From assembly GCA_049303575.1 (NCBI GenBank), contig JBAQNH010000002.1:180717-244716 (forward strand): 64,000 nt of DNA, given 5' to 3'. This document shows, piece after piece, positions 19,472-28,152 of the stretch; within the stretch, counting starts at the first letter, position 1; each line of letters begins with the position of its first letter. The notes below the pieces were generated by a model. The model searched no databases. It saw nothing but the letters and a program-made list of their open reading frames with translations, and was not told where the DNA came from. Both the position numbers and the translations under genes were made by a program. This DNA is from Microgenomates group bacterium (GTDB taxonomy: Bacteria > Patescibacteriota > Microgenomatia > UBA1400 > MFAQ01).

Positions 19472-20353
19472 ATGAAGACAAACTTATTCAAGCTCTTTGC
19501 TCTCCTTATTTTTTCTGTTTTTCTTGCCGGATGCAATCTTAATCCCTTCGCCAAAAAAGCCGGTATTCAAGTTACCTCTAGTCCCGAAGCTAATGTGATG
19601 ATAAACGGCGAGTCCGTAGGCAAAACTCCCGTATATATCGACAACAAAAAACCAGGTTCCTACACTGTCCAAATGACGGCTGTTGATAGCGGTCAAACCT
19701 GGGAAACCAAAGTTGATCTTCTTGGTGGTACTTTGACTACTGTTCACCGTGAATTTGGTGAAACTCTGGACAAATCTCACAGCTATACTCTTTCCTTTGA
19801 AAAACTCAGTAACAATAAAGCTGCCGCAGTCAGTATCGTTAGTCTCCCCGCCAGTGCCACAATAAGTATCGACGGCAAACCGGAAGGCTTTTCCCCTAGA
19901 AGTATTGATATTGAACCAGGTCCTCACGTCTTTACTTTTACCAACCCCGGCTATCAAGATAAAATAGTTAATGCTTCAGTTCAGGCTGGATATCGTCTAG
20001 TTTTAAACTTCACCATGTCTGCTCTCGACATAACTCCAACGCCCACTCCTACCATTGCCACTCCCTCGGCAGCCCTTGTTACCCCCACCCCCGCCAAAAC
20101 TGTTACCCCTCTTCCCAAGCAAGCAACTTCTTCAGCAACCATAGCTAAACCCTACGTTGAGATTCTCTCAACCCCAACAGGTTGGTTAAAGGTTCGCGAA
20201 ACAGCTTCAACAGAAAGTAATGAGTTGGCTAAGGTCAACCCCGGTGATGTTTTCCCCTACAAAGAATCCACAACCTCAGGCTGGTATCAAATTGAATACA
20301 TCAAAGGCTCTTGGGGATTTGTCTCCTCCACTTACGCCAAGCTGGTTAAGTAA
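19472..20353 (+). CDS. Lipoprotein with PEGA-like repeats and C-terminal SH3b domain
   Basis: Signal peptide with lipobox LAGC, two PEGA-like segments, a Thr/Pro linker, and C-terminal GWLKVRETAS...GWYQIEY (bacterial SH3-like). Confidence 0.55.
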   Translation: MKTNLFKLFALLIFSVFLAGCNLNPFAKKAGIQVTSSPEANVMINGESVGKTPVYIDNKKPGSYTVQMTAVDSGQTWETKVDLLGGTLTTVHREFGETLDKSHSYTLSFEKLSNNKAAAVSIVSLPASATISIDGKPEGFSPRSIDIEPGPHVFTFTNPGYQDKIVNASVQAGYRLVLNFTMSALDITPTPTPTIATPSAALVTPTPAKTVTPLPKQATSSATIAKPYVEILSTPTGWLKVRETASTESNELAKVNPGDVFPYKESTTSGWYQIEYIKGSWGFVSSTYAKLVK

Positions 20354-20355
20354 TT

Positions 20356-21288
20356 CTAGGCGATATAGTACAAAACGCCGATTATCACCACCACCCACAA
20401 GCCGACGGTGATGATTAAAGGTTTGTCCGAAAATATCACTCTCTCTGGGCTTTCTCCTTCATTTTTCTCGTAGATAAGCTGCAAATATCTCATGATGCCA
20501 TAAACCACAAAGGGAATTGTAATCATCATCCACTTCTCGGAGATTAGAGTCTTTGGTAGTATCGAAATTAAGGACAATGCTCTACCATCTGGCACAATCC
20601 TGGGATGATTAAAGGTAAACAAAGAATAGGTAATCCAAGTTGCCGTTGCAAACATAGCCGTGTAAATATCCAAAAGTTTCTCGGTATAGTGCTTCAGAGT
20701 TTCTCTCGTCGAAGCACCACTTCCTCGTGACATCATTAGTGTCATCTCTCCTCTTCGTTTTCCCACAGCTAAAAACAGAGAAGCTGAAATCACAGTCAGC
20801 AAAAACCACACATCCATGTGTGCTGAAATTACGAAAGCTCCTGCATAAACTCGAATTAGATAGCCTAAGGCAATTACAATTACATCAATAATTGCCACCT
20901 TTTTCAAAAACCCGGTATACAAAACCTGAACAAAAAGGTACACCAAACAGCTAATAAAGAAAAACAGATTTAAGGTATACGCCCAAGTCAGGCCAATAAT
21001 TACTCCGGCAATTAATGCAAAAAGAGCTACCGATATAGGTAAAGCACCGGAAGCAATCGGTCTATTTTTTTTAAATGGGTGCAATCGGTCGGTACCAACA
21101 TCCAAAAGATCGTTAAAAATATAAGTCGCGCTGGATAAAATCGTAAAAACAAAAAAGGCCTGTGTTACTAATCCAAATGCTCCTTTTTGATAAAGCAGAC
21201 CCGTAAATATCAAAGCTCCAAATAAAGCGAAATTTTTCAGCCACTGTCTTGGTCTTACTGTTTTGAGTAACGCAATGAGTATTGCCAT
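20356..21288 (-). CDS. UbiA-family prenyltransferase (decaprenyl-phosphate phosphoribosyltransferase-like)
   Basis: RPRQWLKNFALFGALIF...NDLLDVGTDRLHPFKKNRPIASG (UbiA Asp-rich motif), 8-9 TM helices. Start adjusted to ATG 21288 to avoid overlap with the upstream gene. Confidence 0.7.
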   Translation of the reverse strand: MAILIALLKTVRPRQWLKNFALFGALIFTGLLYQKGAFGLVTQAFFVFTILSSATYIFNDLLDVGTDRLHPFKKNRPIASGALPISVALFALIAGVIIGLTWAYTLNLFFFISCLVYLFVQVLYTGFLKKVAIIDVIVIALGYLIRVYAGAFVISAHMDVWFLLTVISASLFLAVGKRRGEMTLMMSRGSGASTRETLKHYTEKLLDIYTAMFATATWITYSLFTFNHPRIVPDGRALSLISILPKTLISEKWMMITIPFVVYGIMRYLQLIYEKNEGESPERVIFSDKPLIITVGLWVVVIIGVLYYIA

Positions 21289-22328
21289 ACGATAAATACG
21301 GTCATTAATATTACCAATCCTATCATAATTATAAGTTTTGTCCGAGCTTCGAAGCTCAAAGCTGCGACTCCGAGAACCACTGCCGCAAACCAATAAAACA
21401 GAGCTACTCTTCTTTTTCCCCAGCCCATAGCCAGTAGTTTGTGATGCAAATGGCTCTTATCTCCCCACACCGGCGACTTTCCCGACACCAATCTTTTAAT
21501 CATAATATATAAAAAGTCAATTAATGGGATCCCCAAGACAATTATCAAGGCTCCCACCTTGGCCGTTGCTAAAATAGATATTACCCCCAGAAGTAAACCA
21601 GCCAAAGAAGTCGCCGAGTACCCCGGCATAATTTTTTGCGGATAAAAGTGAAAAACCGTCAGCCCAGCGAAAGCTCCTGCCGTCGCAAACGCGAGTATAG
21701 CCACCGGCCACTGCGTAATATCTGCACTAAAGTTCAAAGAAATGAGCCCCAAAACTATGGCCGCAATTGTAATTACCCCGCTAATTTGTCCGTCTACCCC
21801 AGATGACCAGTTAATGGCATTCATAAGGGACGGAATCCAAAGTAGGGCAAACAAATCAGCGAGGAGCCAAATCTCATGATGTTCTCCTAGCAAATCAAAG
21901 CCCAGTTTGGGAGTCGATAAGTCAATCACCCCCCCCAAAGGATTACTTATAAATGCGATTCCAATTCCGGAACCGACAATAATAGCCGTTACCAAAAAAT
22001 TCATTCCCAATCTGAGGTATGGACTCGAGCCTCTGATATCGTCTATAAGTCCCACCATCAAAGTTAACAATCCTGCCACGCCAATTGCCAGTAAGTGGCT
22101 ATCCGGTTTTAACAAAAGCATTATCGTCACCAACACTGCAAAAAAGATCGGAAGTCCTCCACCTTTGGGCACCGGGGTTTTATGAATATGTGCAGGGTGA
22201 GGAGTTTTGGTTGGGTCAATCACCCACCCCATTTTTTTAAAAAATATAATCGTCAAAGGCGTTACTACCAGGCTGATTATCAAAGCCAAGAAAAAAGGAA
22301 TTACCGTAATCACCATTGCTGGATTCAT
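21255..22328 (-). CDS. Glycosyltransferase family 4 (MraY/WecA-like polyprenyl-phosphate sugar-1-phosphate transferase)
   Basis: Multi-TM; GLIDDIRG, NAINWSSGVDG and other MraY/WecA-type motifs. Confidence 0.65.
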   Translation of the reverse strand: MNPAMVITVIPFFLALIISLVVTPLTIIFFKKMGWVIDPTKTPHPAHIHKTPVPKGGGLPIFFAVLVTIMLLLKPDSHLLAIGVAGLLTLMVGLIDDIRGSSPYLRLGMNFLVTAIIVGSGIGIAFISNPLGGVIDLSTPKLGFDLLGEHHEIWLLADLFALLWIPSLMNAINWSSGVDGQISGVITIAAIVLGLISLNFSADITQWPVAILAFATAGAFAGLTVFHFYPQKIMPGYSATSLAGLLLGVISILATAKVGALIIVLGIPLIDFLYIMIKRLVSGKSPVWGDKSHLHHKLLAMGWGKRRVALFYWFAAVVLGVAALSFEARTKLIIMIGLVILMTVFIVWQYSLRYSKQ

Positions 22329-22672
22329 ACGTTTAGAAAGATCATCATAACTCGGAAAAAACTCGCTGCCATCAAAAATACTGCCGTCACTACCCCGATC
22401 ATAATCGTGTTTTGCACGGTGACGTCATCTTTACCTGCCCAATTAGCCAAAAGCCTTGTCAAAAACAAAACTCCTTCCATGCCAGCAAAAATCCAAACAA
22501 ACCACACCTTTTCGATTAACTGTCTTTCACCCAAAGGAAAAGAATAAAGCCAGGGTAATTGGGGTGGTAACTTACTCCAAAACAAAGCCATTACTCCAGC
22601 CATAATTAATACCACGATCACTCCTATCCAAAATAACGTTACCGAGGTAGTATTTTTTTGTCTTTCTGCCAC
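22325..22672 (-). CDS. Small hypothetical membrane protein (3-4 TM)
   Basis: Hydrophobic ORF in an operon position between the GT4 and GT2 genes. Confidence 0.35.
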   Translation of the reverse strand: MAERQKNTTSVTLFWIGVIVVLIMAGVMALFWSKLPPQLPWLYSFPLGERQLIEKVWFVWIFAGMEGVLFLTRLLANWAGKDDVTVQNTIMIGVVTAVFLMAASFFRVMMIFLNV

Positions 22673-22700
22673 AACTTGAGTATATATCAGGCAAGTATTG

Positions 22701-24206
22701 TTATGCCTTTTTTTCTGTTACTCGATACTCCATGTATCTTCCCATCATCAAGCGAGTGTGAGCGTCCAGTCCCGGCAAGGCCGAGAAAAAGAAGCCTACT
22801 ACGGGCAATAAGACAAATTCAAAAGGGGACGCAATTTTTCTCCACCAGGGTAGATCTTTTACTTTAGGTCGAGCTTTTAGATCGATGAGAATCATCGCAA
22901 TCATACTAACAAGAGATAAAGTCAAAATAGCCGAAGACACCTGGGGAAGGGTTTTTCCCATCACCGTTCTGGAAAATGTCGGGTTCAAAAGTGGTGGTAG
23001 GTTAGCCGCGACCGTAATAATAAACCAGTTTACAGGCCACATAAAGTGATCCTCAATTACCTTAAATACTCTAATGGTTTTATCCCAAAACGGAGCTTTA
23101 GTGTCCAAAATATATCGTTTGATGATATAAGAATCATCCGAAGCTCCCCATGCCCAACGTTTTACCTGCTCGTACGTATTGGTGTAAGTACTCCAGAAAC
23201 CATCGGCTTCGGCAGCATCGGCAAACACCGAAATATACAAAGGCTCTACCTCTACTTTTCCTTCGGTGGCAAAATATGTCTTAAAGAAAATACGATAATC
23301 CTCGGGAATAACATCGGTATCCCAGTAATCAATGTCGTCCATCAACCTCAAACTCATTGAATAAGTCGAGAAGTTTATCAAACGGTCCGGTCGTGACAAC
23401 TGTGCCATATTAATTACACTACTCATGCGGTTAAACACTCTCATCGGCCATGGGATACGCTCAATATTATTGTAAAAAACAATTGCTCCCTGCCAAATCT
23501 TGTGGTATCTATTTGGATCATCAAGGAACATGTAGGTTAGGGCCGCCAAGTGATTTGGGTGTAGTGCTACGTCACAATCGACCGATGAAATGGTCATCTT
23601 GTCCATATCCCAGTCTTTGTGTTTTTTTAACTCTTTTCTAAACTCTTTTCCTGCCCAAGCAGCATTTGAAGATTTCCCAACAACTTCTCCCGTTAGATTG
23701 GCGGGGTGATAAGTAAAGAGTAGTTCTGCAAATTTTCCTTTAAATTTATCTCGAAGTTGTCTCTCTCTACTTCCGTTAATTTCTTCTCCCGCTCTTGCTT
23801 CCATTGCAATTAAAGGGATTATTTGTTTTGCTCCAAGAGTTTGTTTTTCCAAAGCATCCAAAGTACGTACCAAAATATCTCCCGGTTCCTTATATGTAGG
23901 CAACACAATCACATGTTTAACCTCCATCCAGTCTGCAAATCCTTTTACATCTCCCATCCAGTCATACTTTTCTGCCGCTTTAATTCTAAAATATGACATC
24001 ACCGAAGCAACCGATAAAGTTAGCGATCTGTAAAGCCAGTAAACATTAAAACTGATGATGAAATAAGCAACTCCCACGGGCCAAAAAATTGATCCCCATA
24101 CCGGAAAAAGAATAAATGACCAGCTCACAAATCCGGGCAAAATTTCAAGTACCCTTTGACTTTGGTGGGGATATTTATTGATTAGATATCTAAGGAATAC
24201 AAACAT
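22701..24206 (-). CDS. Membrane glycosyltransferase family 2 (processive, cellulose-synthase-like fold)
   Basis: N- and C-terminal TM segments. GT2 catalytic domain with DxD region (VDCDVALHPNH) and QxxRW-like motif (EQVKRWAWG). Confidence 0.65.
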   Translation of the reverse strand: MFVFLRYLINKYPHQSQRVLEILPGFVSWSFILFPVWGSIFWPVGVAYFIISFNVYWLYRSLTLSVASVMSYFRIKAAEKYDWMGDVKGFADWMEVKHVIVLPTYKEPGDILVRTLDALEKQTLGAKQIIPLIAMEARAGEEINGSRERQLRDKFKGKFAELLFTYHPANLTGEVVGKSSNAAWAGKEFRKELKKHKDWDMDKMTISSVDCDVALHPNHLAALTYMFLDDPNRYHKIWQGAIVFYNNIERIPWPMRVFNRMSSVINMAQLSRPDRLINFSTYSMSLRLMDDIDYWDTDVIPEDYRIFFKTYFATEGKVEVEPLYISVFADAAEADGFWSTYTNTYEQVKRWAWGASDDSYIIKRYILDTKAPFWDKTIRVFKVIEDHFMWPVNWFIITVAANLPPLLNPTFSRTVMGKTLPQVSSAILTLSLVSMIAMILIDLKARPKVKDLPWWRKIASPFEFVLLPVVGFFFSALPGLDAHTRLMMGRYMEYRVTEKKA

Positions 24207-24958
24207 AAGGCATTATTTCCGGTTTGTTCAACTATTGTTTCATCATCTAAATGTAGCTCTTGGGCAATTGCTGTAGCTACTATTTTAACATTCGCAGGGG
24301 TATTTACCGTTCCACGAACAGGTTCCGGGGCAAGATAGGGGCTATCCGTTTCCAAAAGGAGCCTCGAAAGAGGCACTAAAGCCAAAAGTCTGCGCAGTTC
24401 CGATGCCGATTTATAGGTAATATTTCCGGCAAAACTCACATAAAAACCCTTACCCAGGATATATTTTAGAAAATCTTCACTTCCTGCAAAACAATGAAAT
24501 TGACCCCTTGGGAGCTTCTCCATTTTTTCCAAAATAGCTTTCATCTCCACCTCTGCCTCTCTCATGTGAATCACTACCGGCAGCCGTAACCTTACTGCCA
24601 GCTCCATCTGAGCTACAAATATCTCCGTCTGTTTTTCTTCAGTCTTTTTTTCTTTGTCGTAATAGAAGTCCAGGCCAATCTCTCCAATTCCAATCACCCT
24701 ATCCGACTTACTATTTATCTCTTCCAATTCATAAATCATTTTCTCAACGTCCGTTACATCCTCAATATTTTCAGGGTGAACTCCCACCATCGCATACAAC
24801 TTCTCTTGTTCGGCAACAATAACCGTTCTCTTTGCATTTTCAATACTCCCCGACGGCATAAATATTTTTTCCACACCGGTTTTACGGGCATCCGCAATCA
24901 CTTCTTTTACATCCGTAAATTTCTCGTCTGTCAGATGACAATGTGTGTCGATTAACAT
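24182..24958 (-). CDS. tatD: TatD-family metal-dependent DNase
   Basis: MLIDTHCHL..., ...IGEIGLDFYY..., ...LLLETDSPYL. Confidence 0.9.
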   Translation of the reverse strand: MLIDTHCHLTDEKFTDVKEVIADARKTGVEKIFMPSGSIENAKRTVIVAEQEKLYAMVGVHPENIEDVTDVEKMIYELEEINSKSDRVIGIGEIGLDFYYDKEKKTEEKQTEIFVAQMELAVRLRLPVVIHMREAEVEMKAILEKMEKLPRGQFHCFAGSEDFLKYILGKGFYVSFAGNITYKSASELRRLLALVPLSRLLLETDSPYLAPEPVRGTVNTPANVKIVATAIAQELHLDDETIVEQTGNNALCLYSLDI

Positions 24959-26370
24959 TAAGGTAGTCTTTGAAACAGGTTTTCCGCTTTTTTAATTTCC
25001 TCAACGCCATACTGCGCCAGAATTTTCTCGGCGGTAATCGGCATAAAAGGCACAAGGTCTGTCCCAATCTGGCGAATCATTTTTACGAGCTCGGCCAATG
25101 CGACACCCTTTTCTTCTCCTTCTAGTTTCCAAACCTGTCTTTGATTAATTAAAGCGTCGGCATTTCTTATATCTTCCCAAATCAAAGCCACTGCCTCGTC
25201 AAACTTGTATCCTGAAAGTTTTTCCACCACTTCTTTTCGAATCGATAATTTTTCGGGAGTCACTTTCAAGTTTTCTTTTTCCGACATCGCCGCCACGCGG
25301 GCACACAAGTTACCGATACCATTGGCGAGATTTGCTTGGAAAGCTTCTTCAAATCGCTCCTTCGTCATATCCGAGTCCTCAAAAACAGACAACTCGGCCG
25401 TTAGGAAATATCGTACGGCATCTGTGCCATATTTTTTCGCGTATTCCAGGGGGTCAATTACATTTCCCAAACTCTTACTCATCTTCGTTCCACCGGAAGT
25501 AATAAAACCTTCAACAAGTATTTGTTTCGAAGTTGGCAAACCGGCTGACATTAGCATTGCCTGCCACATCGCTGTTTGCTGCCTTAGGTTGTCTTTTCCG
25601 CAAATCTGTACTCCAGGCCAGTATTCTTTAAATTTAACTTCATTTTCCGGCCAGCCAAGACAAGAAATATAGTTGACCAAAGCGTCAAACCAAACAAACA
25701 TCACTTGTTCAGAATCTCCGGGAACATCTACTCCCCAAGGCATCTTTGATTTCAAACGGGAAATACTAAAGTCCTGCAATCCACCTTCCACAAAAATTTT
25801 CATCTCATTCTGACGGAAAGACGGTTGCACAAAATCCGGCTGATTTTCGTAAAGCGCCAAAAGTTTTTCCTGATAGTTAGAGAATTTAAAGAAATAATTT
25901 TCTTCCTCGCGAATCTCCAGTTCCATTTGAGGATGAATCGGACATTTACCATTCACCAGATCGGAGTCCGTTTTTTCCAGCTCACATCCCACGCAGTATT
26001 TAATTTTGTAGTTCTTTTTGTAAATATCTCCTTTGGCATCACAAAGTTTCCAAAACTCCTGTGCCGCTTTAACGTGGTGTTCATCGGTAGTACGAACAAA
26101 ACTGTTGTAAGACAAATTTAATGCTTCTTTTAAAACAGAAAACTTTGCCGCACTTTCATCGCAGTATTTTTGTGGATCAATTCCTAGTTCAACAGCCTTT
26201 TGATAAATTTTCTGCCCATGTTCATCTGTACCGGTATTAAAGAAGACGTCATCCCCTAAAACTCGGTGTAATCTCGCCATCACATCCGCGCGCACTATCT
26301 CCATGGCAAAGCCAATATGTGGCTCCGCATTAACGTAAGGTAATGTTGTGGTGATGTAATACTTTCCCAT
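24958..26370 (-). CDS. metG: Methionyl-tRNA synthetase (minimal form)
   Basis: YVNAEPHIGFA (HIGH-type), KMSKSLGN, Zn-knuckle CVGCE...C. Confidence 0.9.
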   Translation of the reverse strand: MGKYYITTTLPYVNAEPHIGFAMEIVRADVMARLHRVLGDDVFFNTGTDEHGQKIYQKAVELGIDPQKYCDESAAKFSVLKEALNLSYNSFVRTTDEHHVKAAQEFWKLCDAKGDIYKKNYKIKYCVGCELEKTDSDLVNGKCPIHPQMELEIREEENYFFKFSNYQEKLLALYENQPDFVQPSFRQNEMKIFVEGGLQDFSISRLKSKMPWGVDVPGDSEQVMFVWFDALVNYISCLGWPENEVKFKEYWPGVQICGKDNLRQQTAMWQAMLMSAGLPTSKQILVEGFITSGGTKMSKSLGNVIDPLEYAKKYGTDAVRYFLTAELSVFEDSDMTKERFEEAFQANLANGIGNLCARVAAMSEKENLKVTPEKLSIRKEVVEKLSGYKFDEAVALIWEDIRNADALINQRQVWKLEGEEKGVALAELVKMIRQIGTDLVPFMPITAEKILAQYGVEEIKKAENLFQRLP

Positions 26371-26384
26371 GCCTCAATTGTAGC

Positions 26385-26747
26385 TCATCCAAAAATCCTC
26401 TTTATTCCTCCGGAAATCTTATTTGTCCACCCGGATGCCCATTCTTCGGCCTTAATTCTTTTAATCATCTCCTGCCATCCGGAATTGCCCAAATTTTCGG
26501 CGACGGAAGCAATCGTTGCCGAACTCACCTTAATATTATTTTTTATATCTTCGTAATTTCTTCCCTTATCAAGATACACGGCAATTCCTAATCTTTTCAA
26601 AATTGCTATTCTTTCGCCATCGGTTAGGACATCATTCATTACCATTTTGACATCCTCAGGGGTCTTGAGCTCCGCCAAGATTCCATACATCATCTCTGAT
26701 AATTGTTTCTCAATTGTTTTGTTAAGGGGGTTATTTGAAAGTTGCAT
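26385..26747 (-). CDS. TrpR-like YerC/YecD-family protein
   Basis: Around 100-120 aa helical protein with ...TDGERIAILKRLGIA..., characteristic of the YerC/YecD Trp-repressor-like family. Confidence 0.55.
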   Translation of the reverse strand: MQLSNNPLNKTIEKQLSEMMYGILAELKTPEDVKMVMNDVLTDGERIAILKRLGIAVYLDKGRNYEDIKNNIKVSSATIASVAENLGNSGWQEMIKRIKAEEWASGWTNKISGGIKRIFG

Positions 26748-26772
26748 ATTCTGTCCTAAATAATAACTTTAA

Positions 26773-27141
26773 TTAATCAAAGTGTAACACATCTTTTGGT
26801 TTTTTCTTGTAGATATATACCTCCCATACCGAAAGTAATCCAAGAATCAAAATGCCATTTAAGACAGACCCCAACCCCCAAATCCGTAAATAAATATAGA
26901 TAATAATTCCCAGAGTCCAACGCAAAGCTCTAATCGATGACATTGTTAGTATCGATAACAACCAAAAAATTCCTCCCATCAACAACAATCCCATTGGCAG
27001 ATAGCTTCCTGGAAAAAGGAAGTTGGCCATATTATCAGGATCTATTTTCCACACGGCCAAGGCAATTACCAGCCAGTTAACAACGGCAAAAAAAACTAGC
27101 CATCCATATTTCTTATTTCTTTCGTGTTTGTTTCGTTCCAT
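26773..27141 (-). CDS. Hypothetical membrane protein (4 TM)
   Basis: Hydrophobicity pattern only. Confidence 0.35.
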   Translation of the reverse strand: MERNKHERNKKYGWLVFFAVVNWLVIALAVWKIDPDNMANFLFPGSYLPMGLLLMGGIFWLLSILTMSSIRALRWTLGIIIYIYLRIWGLGSVLNGILILGLLSVWEVYIYKKKPKDVLHFD

Positions 27142-27158
27142 TAATGTAAAATGAATCT

Positions 27159-28148
27159 ATGTCAACTGATACCTTAATTGTAATAGCATTTCTCTTCTTC
27201 GGCTTATTAATTCTTTATTTTCTTCTGAAGTCCCAACTTCAAAAACCAAACACCGATCCCACACTTAATGCTTGGCTCAAATCTCTCCAGCAATCTTTTG
27301 ATACTACAAACAGAACTACAACCGCCTCTCTCCAACAAAACTATCGTGAACTTTTCTCCCGTCTCGATCAAGCGACGGCCGTCATCGGTGATCTCAAAAA
27401 AGAAGCCGGTGCTTTTGGTGAAGTTAGTCGCTCCATGAAAGATCTCCAAGACTATTTAAAATCTCCCAAACTAAGAGGCAACATCGGCGAACAAGTCCTC
27501 ACCGACTTGATTGGTCAGATGTTCCCCAAAACTGGTTATGTCTTGCAACACCATTTCAAAGACGGTCAGATAGTTGACGCTGCCATCAAAACCCAAGCCG
27601 GTATTCTCCCCATAGACTCCAAGTTTCCTATGGAAAATTTCCAAAAAATATATCAAGCCACCTCTCCTTCGGAAAAATCTCTAGCCAAATCAAGCTTTAT
27701 TCGCGACGTCAAAAGACATTTGAAGGATATCTCCAGCAAATATATTCTTCCCGATGAGGGCACTCTCGATTTTGCCCTCATGTATATTCCTTCAGAATCC
27801 GTCTACTACGAAATAGTAAATGAGGAAGAAATAATGAACCTTAGTCGCGACGCACGCGTCTTCCCTGTTTCCCCAACTACTCTCTACGCCAACCTGCAAA
27901 CAATTCTCCTTTCCCTGGAAGGTCAAAAAATTGCGGGCAAAACTGCCGAAGTCTTTACCCTTTTAAGAGCTGTCCAAAAAGACTACGAAAAATTAAATGA
28001 GAACTTCACTCTTCTGGGTAAGCACTTAACCAATGCTTACAACTCCATGAACTCCACCGCCCAAACCATGAATCAGATAGGTAACAAGCTCGAGTCTTCT
28101 CATAGTCTCAAGTCTGGCTTAGATTCCGACAAAAATAAAATAGAATAA
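27159..28148 (+). CDS. rmuC: DNA recombination protein RmuC
   Basis: N-terminal TM/coiled coil and a conserved RmuC core (...LRGNIGEQVLTDLIG..., ...LPIDSKFPMENF...). Confidence 0.8.
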   Translation: MSTDTLIVIAFLFFGLLILYFLLKSQLQKPNTDPTLNAWLKSLQQSFDTTNRTTTASLQQNYRELFSRLDQATAVIGDLKKEAGAFGEVSRSMKDLQDYLKSPKLRGNIGEQVLTDLIGQMFPKTGYVLQHHFKDGQIVDAAIKTQAGILPIDSKFPMENFQKIYQATSPSEKSLAKSSFIRDVKRHLKDISSKYILPDEGTLDFALMYIPSESVYYEIVNEEEIMNLSRDARVFPVSPTTLYANLQTILLSLEGQKIAGKTAEVFTLLRAVQKDYEKLNENFTLLGKHLTNAYNSMNSTAQTMNQIGNKLESSHSLKSGLDSDKNKIE

Positions 28149-28152
28149 CTAA

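Noticed and set aside
19300-19554. 84-aa minus-strand ORF overlapping tRNA-Cys
   Set aside because: It overlaps a confidently folded tRNA gene and the lipoprotein gene start, with no support.
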